A stretch of 60,456 nucleotides of DNA from Conidiobolus incongruus B7586 (taxonomy: Eukaryota), in NCBI GenBank assembly GCA_000697335.1, contig JNEM01013504.1, forward strand, positions 1-60,456, in the 5' to 3' direction. Every line of letters begins with the position of its first letter. The first letter of the stretch is position 1. A program made the position numbers and the translations under genes. Shown here one piece after another: positions 53,288 through 60,456 of this stretch. The notes under the pieces are model-generated. The model did no database searches and was not told the DNA's origin. It saw only the letters and a list, made by a program, of their open reading frames with translations.

Positions 53288-55753
53288 CTATAACGATTTG
53301 GTGGATTCTTCTAATCGTTCTAATAATTCAGGATGATGATTTTGAATAAATAATTTCAGATGTTTAAACTCTTTACAATGGATGGATTTGAGTCGACTGT
53401 AAATGGGCTGAATGAGATCGTAGTGGAATAGTGATTTATCCATATGCATGCGATTGATTACTAGATTCAAAATAGCCTGGTATTCCTTGAGTTTGAACAG
53501 ACAGATGGAATATGTTGTGAACACCTCTTTAGTGTTGATATCTTGCTTGGGGTAAGTATTGCAAAGGCGGTTGAACTCTTCAATGAATTTTGAGGGGGCA
53601 AAGACATTTGCGGCACTGAACAGATAGTTGCGAATGATAAATTTGTTAATACTGGATTTGGTGTGAGTTTCCAATTGGTTGAAAATTTCGATGACTTTGT
53701 CGTATTTTTCAAACTTGTGGTAACCGAACATGCAATTTTGTAAAATGAACGCACCAGCCTGTAAATTGAAGGGCTCAGATTGGAATCTTTGGATCTCGTG
53801 CTCCATTTGATCGATATTTCCACTCTTAATGGCTTCAACTAAAAATATTGACCATGTCTGATGGTTGGGGCGACAGGCTGGGTACTTCTTGGAAGCTGCC
53901 ACTGCCTGCTCCAATATCTTATCTGCTGATTGTATCATGTTGCGTCTTGCATATCCGGTAATAATATGATTGTACATTTGGATAACAGGAGCTACCTTAT
54001 ATGTATGGAGTGCCTTATCGAGAAATGCAATCGTATCGCTCAAATTTTCGTTGTGTTCAAAACCATAAATCATGGAGGCAATAAGCCTAGAATCAGGTTG
54101 TAGTTCTTGGGAGTCGACCATTTGATAAAATTCTTTTTTGGCGATTTTCCAGTTTCTCATTCGGAGCTGGGTGCGTAAATACATGTCAAATGTGTATGCG
54201 TCAATTGGGATCCTGTGACGCTTCATCAATTTATAGACCTCTATAGCCTTTTGGTAATATTTGGCCTTGAGGTAATGATGCATGAGATTGTTGTAACTGT
54301 CTGTATTGGGCTTGAGACCCTTTTCGAGAGCTATGAATAGAAATTCTTCACCAGCTTCAGGAAAATTCAATTTATAGCTAAGGTTGGCGAGGGTATCATA
54401 AATTTGTATATGATGAGTGATTTTACTTTGACGTATTTCTTCCATCACTTGCAAAGCACCTCGTAAATTGAGTTTGTCATGATAATAACTAAGTAGTATA
54501 TAATAAGTCATCCACGTAGCTCGAATACCTCTGCTTTGGAATTTTTCAATTAAATTGAAAGCTGACCTAACATCCCCCCTTTTAATGTACCCCTTCATTA
54601 AAGTGTGGTAAAAATATAAATTGGGCTGAATTTCTTTAGATTTTAAGAATTCAAAAAATTTTAAACCAAAATCCAAGTCGGTAATATGGCTATTCATTAT
54701 AATATTTTCAATAACCAAGTTGTTAGAAGTGCTATTAACGTCAATATATTGTCGTTTATATAATTGATCAATTTTTTCTATCTCTCCTAACTGTAAGTAA
54801 CCGGTGATTAAAGCTGCATAAACATAATCATCGGGTTCGATCTTCAACTCCTTCATTTTTTCTATCAATATTTCAGCCACTTCAATTTTACCTTGCTTAC
54901 AATATAAATCAATAATAGCGGCCAAGAGTTTCTGGCTGAGGGACTCTTCAAAATGATTGAAGGAATATTCAATTAACTCGTCAATGGGTTGGAAAGATCG
55001 GTTTCCGCCCGGGAATTTAACAACAGGTGTGGCAGTGGAAACAGAGATAGGAGAGTCTAACATTTGAATAACACCTAATTTTGATATAATAGAGCCCAGA
55101 TTACCTTCCGTAACAGCTAACATCATCAGATTAATTAAAGTGGGTGTACTGTAACCACCTTTATAATGGTATCCACTGGATAAAATAATCATAATTTTAG
55201 GTGCCAAGTTCCACAAACTTATCTTAGAAATATCAGCAATGAAACTATTCATCAAATCTTGATTGAATTGGGTCAATCGACTCGGAATCAAAATCTTTTC
55301 CTCAACGATAATTTGTAATATTTTGCTCTGATTACGAAGCGATCCTGTCCTCTCAGAACCAGGTACCGAACCCTGGGATTTATGGTGTTTAAGTTGTAAA
55401 ATTGAATTGCAGAGTTCTTTAACGTACCCTAAATACCATTCAATCGGTATTTCATTCTCCGTTTCGGAATTTTCTTGCGTCAGTTTAACATAGTTATTGT
55501 AGATAGCTTCTGTGGAATGAAGTTTCAAATCCAGATCAGGATGTAATTTAAATTCGGTTTTGCTCTTAGTAGATGGCATTTCAACACTTGACAATTTCGT
55601 ATCATGAGAATGCAAACCCTTGGAAGAGTGTGATCTTATTCCATAAAACTGAGTTATTAGGTAATTCCTCAGCCCGATAGAATTAATTTTTCGACTAAAA
55701 TTGAAAGGAATTTTATCCAATTTTAAACATTGTATTCGAGTTATTTTTAGCAT
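53288..55753 (-). CDS. Mitochondrial pentatricopeptide-repeat (PPR) protein, intronless
   Basis: Repeated ~35-aa motifs (PDDYVYAALITGY, PNLYFYHTLMKGY, PNTDSYNNLMHHY, IQMYNHIITGYAR). Basic presequence from the ATG at 55753. Confidence 0.9.
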   Translation of the reverse strand: MLKITRIQCLKLDKIPFNFSRKINSIGLRNYLITQFYGIRSHSSKGLHSHDTKLSSVEMPSTKSKTEFKLHPDLDLKLHSTEAIYNNYVKLTQENSETENEIPIEWYLGYVKELCNSILQLKHHKSQGSVPGSERTGSLRNQSKILQIIVEEKILIPSRLTQFNQDLMNSFIADISKISLWNLAPKIMIILSSGYHYKGGYSTPTLINLMMLAVTEGNLGSIISKLGVIQMLDSPISVSTATPVVKFPGGNRSFQPIDELIEYSFNHFEESLSQKLLAAIIDLYCKQGKIEVAEILIEKMKELKIEPDDYVYAALITGYLQLGEIEKIDQLYKRQYIDVNSTSNNLVIENIIMNSHITDLDFGLKFFEFLKSKEIQPNLYFYHTLMKGYIKRGDVRSAFNLIEKFQSRGIRATWMTYYILLSYYHDKLNLRGALQVMEEIRQSKITHHIQIYDTLANLSYKLNFPEAGEEFLFIALEKGLKPNTDSYNNLMHHYLKAKYYQKAIEVYKLMKRHRIPIDAYTFDMYLRTQLRMRNWKIAKKEFYQMVDSQELQPDSRLIASMIYGFEHNENLSDTIAFLDKALHTYKVAPVIQMYNHIITGYARRNMIQSADKILEQAVAASKKYPACRPNHQTWSIFLVEAIKSGNIDQMEHEIQRFQSEPFNLQAGAFILQNCMFGYHKFEKYDKVIEIFNQLETHTKSSINKFIIRNYLFSAANVFAPSKFIEEFNRLCNTYPKQDINTKEVFTTYSICLFKLKEYQAILNLVINRMHMDKSLFHYDLIQPIYSRLKSIHCKEFKHLKLFIQNHHPELLERLEESTKSL

Positions 55754-56479
55754 TTTAAATAATCCAATAGCTTGAAAATGAATCCAAATTAAATACGAAT
55801 ACAAAAAAATTATATTATTGGGTATTAAAAATGGTATTGGAATTTTTTAATTAAATAATAAATAAATATATTTTATTTAATTAAAATATTTCATGAATAA
55901 ATTAATATTTAGTATATTATTAGAGTTTATAATATTATGGGATTCATTTTTCAATTGGATTGATTTATTTTTTGCATTAACAAAGATATTATAAATTGTT
56001 TAATAGCAATTTTGCAATTCTTAATTAGTTAAATACAAAAATGTCAACTATAGTAATTTTCATTTCGCTGAAGGAAACTGCTATATCTACAATCTCAATC
56101 AACCTATTTTTACTTGGAATTATAGTCAATTCTAATCTTTGAAATCAATTTATAATATTAAACATGACCTAATTTATTAAATTTAACAATATCATTATTT
56201 CAATAATTTATGAAAATTAATTTTAGTTCATATGTTAATTAATATTAATTAAATTGATAAAAAAATAATTTAACAGAATATTATAAATAATGAAGTTTAT
56301 AATTAAATTATATAAATATCAATGGGTTAGATATATATATATAAATAAACTATTTAAGTTGGAAATTTTGAGTTCTTTATTGAATTTATTTAACTTTTAA
56401 ATTTTATAATTTGAAAATAGAACAAAATGGCAACAAATGAAAAAAATATACAATTATAATAATATTGATGTCTGTTGTA

Positions 56480-56750
56480 TTTTAAAAATACCCATCCATC
56501 TAGATTTGATAGTTAGGTTCACATTACCCCCTCCTCATGGTGTAATTGTTAATCCATAATCAAGTGATACTCTTTAGCTCCTTTATTAGAATTTATTCCA
56601 AAACCTACGTCACTCACTGAATGAATTATTTAAACTCTAAAGTGTCAAGATTAACAAGGAAGGTTTTTTTTCTCTGAATATTCTGCTACAACATCTCAAT
56701 AATAATTTTTAAGACACACAGTCCCAATACGTTAAAGAGCAGGATTAATA
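56480..56750 (-). pseudogene. Probable heavily decayed Tc1/mariner transposase fragment
   Basis: Broken frames read AL*RIG, EKKPSL, an FS(D)E-like segment and GGGNV (cf. Tc1 HGGGSVMVW) in Tc1 order. Lies between (TA)n tracts. Confidence 0.35.
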
Positions 56751-57211
56751 AATAATTAACTAAATTATATTACAAGTACTTTTCTAACTACAATCTTTGT
56801 TTCCCAAAACTTATAAAAACTCAACAATGTCTATAAATCAAATTGATTATATATATATATATATATATTGATGTTCATAATTTGTATATTTTTGTTTATT
56901 TTATCTGACTAATTGTATGTAGAAATGATTTTCCACAATGATATATAGTGTGTTATCAAAATAATTGTTACTAAATGAAAATTAAATATATATAAATGAT
57001 TCAACAATTTATTTCATTTATTAAATATATCAATCCAGTAGTTTATGTTAATTTTAATAATAAAAAACTATAATGGTTCAAATATATGAAATTTCAAATT
57101 TTCCCAAAATTGAAAGAGCTTTATTCAAGTATCACACTATACAAAATATTTAATATCAACTGTTCATATAAATCTCCAAATAACATCTAGTGGCAAAAGG
57201 CTTCTGAATTA

Positions 57212-58040
57212 TAATATTACCATATAATTGAAGAAATGGGAAATTTTTTAATTTCTGATTTTTCAAATATATTATCAATTTTAAACAAAAAACATATACA
57301 AAACAAATAAGAAAATAAATAGTTTTGAATTATATATATATAATAATTTTTTAATTAAAAAATTAATTTTTTAAAATTAATTATTTAATTTAATTATATT
57401 TAAATTAAATAGTAACCATCAAAAGTTTTTTATTTTAGTATTAATAAAACTTAACCACAAACCTTTTAAAATCATTTAAAATTTATTAACAGTTTTTAAT
57501 AATAAAATATTATTTAAATTAATAATTTATCACTAGATAAATTACTTTAAAGCTAAAAAAGAAACTACTTAAAACCTATTAAAACCTAAAAAATTAATTA
57601 TAATTATTACTCTTTTAATTATTAATAAAGTAAAAAATTATATTAAAAAATATATTTTTATTTTAGTTAAAGAATTATTAAGATATTTTAATATTAATTA
57701 CACAAGTATTTTATATATATTAAAGTTTAAATTAAAATTAATTAATAAAAATATTAAATAAGTACCTTATAGTTTATTTAAAACTTAAAAAAATTAAAGT
57801 AATTATTATTAAACAAAACTTAATAAAATATAATTAGAAATTAAAGCTTTTACAATAAATTATTACAATTGATGAATTTTAAATTCTTTTATATAATCTT
57901 TTATTAAAACATAAATTAAAATGTTAAATTAAGTTAAATTAACCCCCTCTACAAATTCCTTTAAATAAACACTTTATTAATAAATAAATATTAATTATTA
58001 TAATTAATTATAATAATATATACTATTCTTATTTAGTTTT
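57212..58040. repeat. Degenerate AT-rich interspersed repeat, inverted copy of 1-840; likely extends further right
   Basis: Direct alignment to the reverse complement of the window start, with transition-dominated differences. Confidence 0.9.
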
Positions 58041-58966
58041 TAAAGGAAAATTAATTAATAGTAAACTTTATATTTCTTTTTTAAATAAAACTATTTTAAA
58101 TTAGTATTCTCAATATAATTTAAGAAAACTTATTATTTTGTATAATAATTATAAAATATATAAATTTAAAACTATAAAAAACTTTCTAATTAAAAATAAT
58201 TGGAAAAAACTACCACATCTAGTATATTCTTTAAATTATAATATATGTGATTATAATTGTTTTAAGTAATTAAAAAACTAGCTTATAAGAAAAGAAATTT
58301 CTATAAGAAATTTTAATTAGTTTATAAAACATCAAATTTTAGTCTTTGATAAAAAGAATTATTTTTTAAGTATTAAATCTTTATTAAAAATATAACAAAA
58401 AGTTATTAAAAATAAAAAAAATTATTAATTTTATATTATATATTTATTTTTATTTTAATATATTAAAATATTTATTTTTTTTCAATTGAACAAAATTCCC
58501 ATTATTTAAAGTATAAATTAATATTAAAAAATAATTTAATTAATTAAAAGAGAGAAAATCTATTATAAACTTATTTGTTTTAAATTGTCCTAAATTAGTA
58601 AATAATTAAAAAAATAAAAATAAAGATATATTTCAAAAATAATTTTATATACCTTGCCACAAAAATTAGAAATATTTTTTTAAATTAGTTTGATTATATA
58701 TTTAACAAAAAATTATTTAAATTCATTCAAAAAGAGTATAGGTTCCATATAATTTAAAAATAAATAAATATAATGATATAACAGATATATATCTATTATA
58801 GCATTTATCTTATTATATTTTAAACTATTGGATCTAATAACTTATGAACTCAAATATATAATTGATATCCTAGGAATACAAGCAATTTTTTGGTTGAAAA
58901 CCTATAATCTATATTATAAATATTAAATCAAAGATTATTAAAAATAGAGTAAAAATTATTATTATA

Positions 58967-59322
58967 CACTGACCCACAAAAGTGAGTCATAAAATCAAAA
59001 ACACCTATATTTTTACTAATAACTTGATTAATATTTAATAAAATAAACCAAAATTAAATAATTAAAATATATGGTTATATATTGTTAAATATATCCCCTT
59101 ATCTCAAAAACCCACAAATTTATGACTCACCTTGGTTAAATATTAAGGGTTAATATTTTTGCTAATAGTTTACTAAATATATCTAAATATATTTATTTAT
59201 TATTAAATAATATACCTTAATTATATATTATAGTTTCAAGTAATCTAATATATACAATTGTTTTAGTTATTAATTAAAATATATATATTTTTGATTTTAT
59301 GACTCACTTTTGCAGGTCAGTG
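58967..59322. mobile_element. 356-bp Tc1/mariner-type MITE with ~58-bp TIRs and TA target-site duplication
   Basis: TA|CACTGACCCACAAAAGTGAGTCATAAAATCAAAAA ... TTTTTGATTTTATGACTCACTTTTGCAGGTCAGTG|TA. An internal third copy of TTTATGACTCAC lies at 59119-59130. No ORF. Confidence 0.93.
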
Positions 59323-60456
59323 TATATGGATATCAATTTTAAACTATTTCATCAATTATTATTTGCAAAAATAAATTTTAATAATTTAGTATAAAAAAAT
59401 CCTTTTATGAAAATTAATTAAATAAATTTAAATAAAAAATATTAAATTAAAAAATATTTTATTTTATAAAGTTATATATTTATAGCAAAAATTATTAAAA
59501 AATACTTATTATTATATTATTCTATTATCTATATTTGTTATAAATCCTTGTGATTTTGATTATTTTAGTAAATTTAGTATAATTTAATGAAAAAAAATAT
59601 TTGATGATATTTACACTTTGTAAGATTTTCTAAAAGCTATGTAAATAGTCCAAATTATTAAAATTAACATAAAATTATCTTATTATAAATGATCAAACAT
59701 GATATATGAATCGATTTAACCAGTTAAAATAGAACAGGAGTTAAGAGAAAACCGAAGCTGAGAAACAAATAACGAGATCCTTCTAGGTTACTATTGCAGT
59801 ATATTTTATCAAAAACCTATTTAAGGCTTAATTTATCCTATAATTTTATTATTAGCTTTTGAGGCACCTAATGGTTAATAAGGTATTTAGTACAAAAATC
59901 GAAAATAAATAAAAATATTATTTATACGTGTGATATTATTTTTTAGTATTTTATATCAATTAAAATTCAAATTAAAAAATATTAAAAATTCTTTTAGAAA
60001 AATTCTATATTATTTTGTTATTGGTTAATTTATTAATTATTTTCATAAACATTAAAGCTAAATATTATAATTTTTACCTATAATCAACATAAACATATAT
60101 ATAGTTGATATATAAAAATGAATTATAATTGACTATCAACTAAAATATTGATATATTAGCAATAACAATAATATTAATTTATATTATTATTTTTTTGACA
60201 TATCTATTTTAATTATATTATTTTTATTAAATAGATTTTGTTTTTTTATTCTAAATTCCTTATAATTATAAAATAATAAATATATTGATTGAAAATATTA
60301 TTTTAATAAATTATATATTATTAAATAATATATTCCATATTATATAAAGGAGTTAGTATTTTAACTATGATTATTTGATTCATAATATTTTAAGCATATA
60401 ATATCAATACAAATCAAATTATACTTCAGCTTTATAACACCAATAAATTTCTATTA

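Noticed and set aside
1..60456. CRISPR arrays, rRNA genes, prokaryotic operons, U12-type introns
   Set aside because: None seen. The DNA is eukaryotic and all introns I reconstructed are ordinary GT-AG.

Overview
This is eukaryotic, very AT-rich fungal genomic DNA with short GT-AG introns (about 45-80 nt). Gene content and composition suggest an early-diverging fungus, possibly Entomophthoromycotina/Conidiobolus-like; this is an inference. The supplied ORF track uses TTG/GTG starts and ignores introns, so multi-exon genes were reassembled by hand. I find 18 protein-coding genes: GNA1, EIF1AD-like, NDUFA9, CMS1, an HRT3/FBXO9-like F-box protein, a secreted tyrosinase, coronin, a 7TM GPCR-like protein, trifunctional TRP1/trpC, a Ulp2-like SUMO protease, cullin-1, a fatty-acid elongase, Ies2/INO80B, a bacterial-type 3D-domain protein, an A20/AN1 zinc finger, a Ulp1-like protease with a damaged 5' end, a class-3 lipase, a rhodanese and a PPR protein (19 counting the damaged Ulp1). 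There is one intact tRNA-Arg(CCT) and one degenerate tRNA-Met. Mobile and repeat features are an ~840 bp transition-eroded repeat in inverted copies at both ends of the window, a 356 bp Tc1/mariner-type MITE and a probable Tc1 transposase relic. The most notable unexplained features are a GC-rich, heavily base-paired ~420 bp island (42752-43182) bounded by 13-bp direct repeats, a second small structured island (~4433-4545), and an oriented TCCCA(T/C)WA motif upstream of many genes and both islands.
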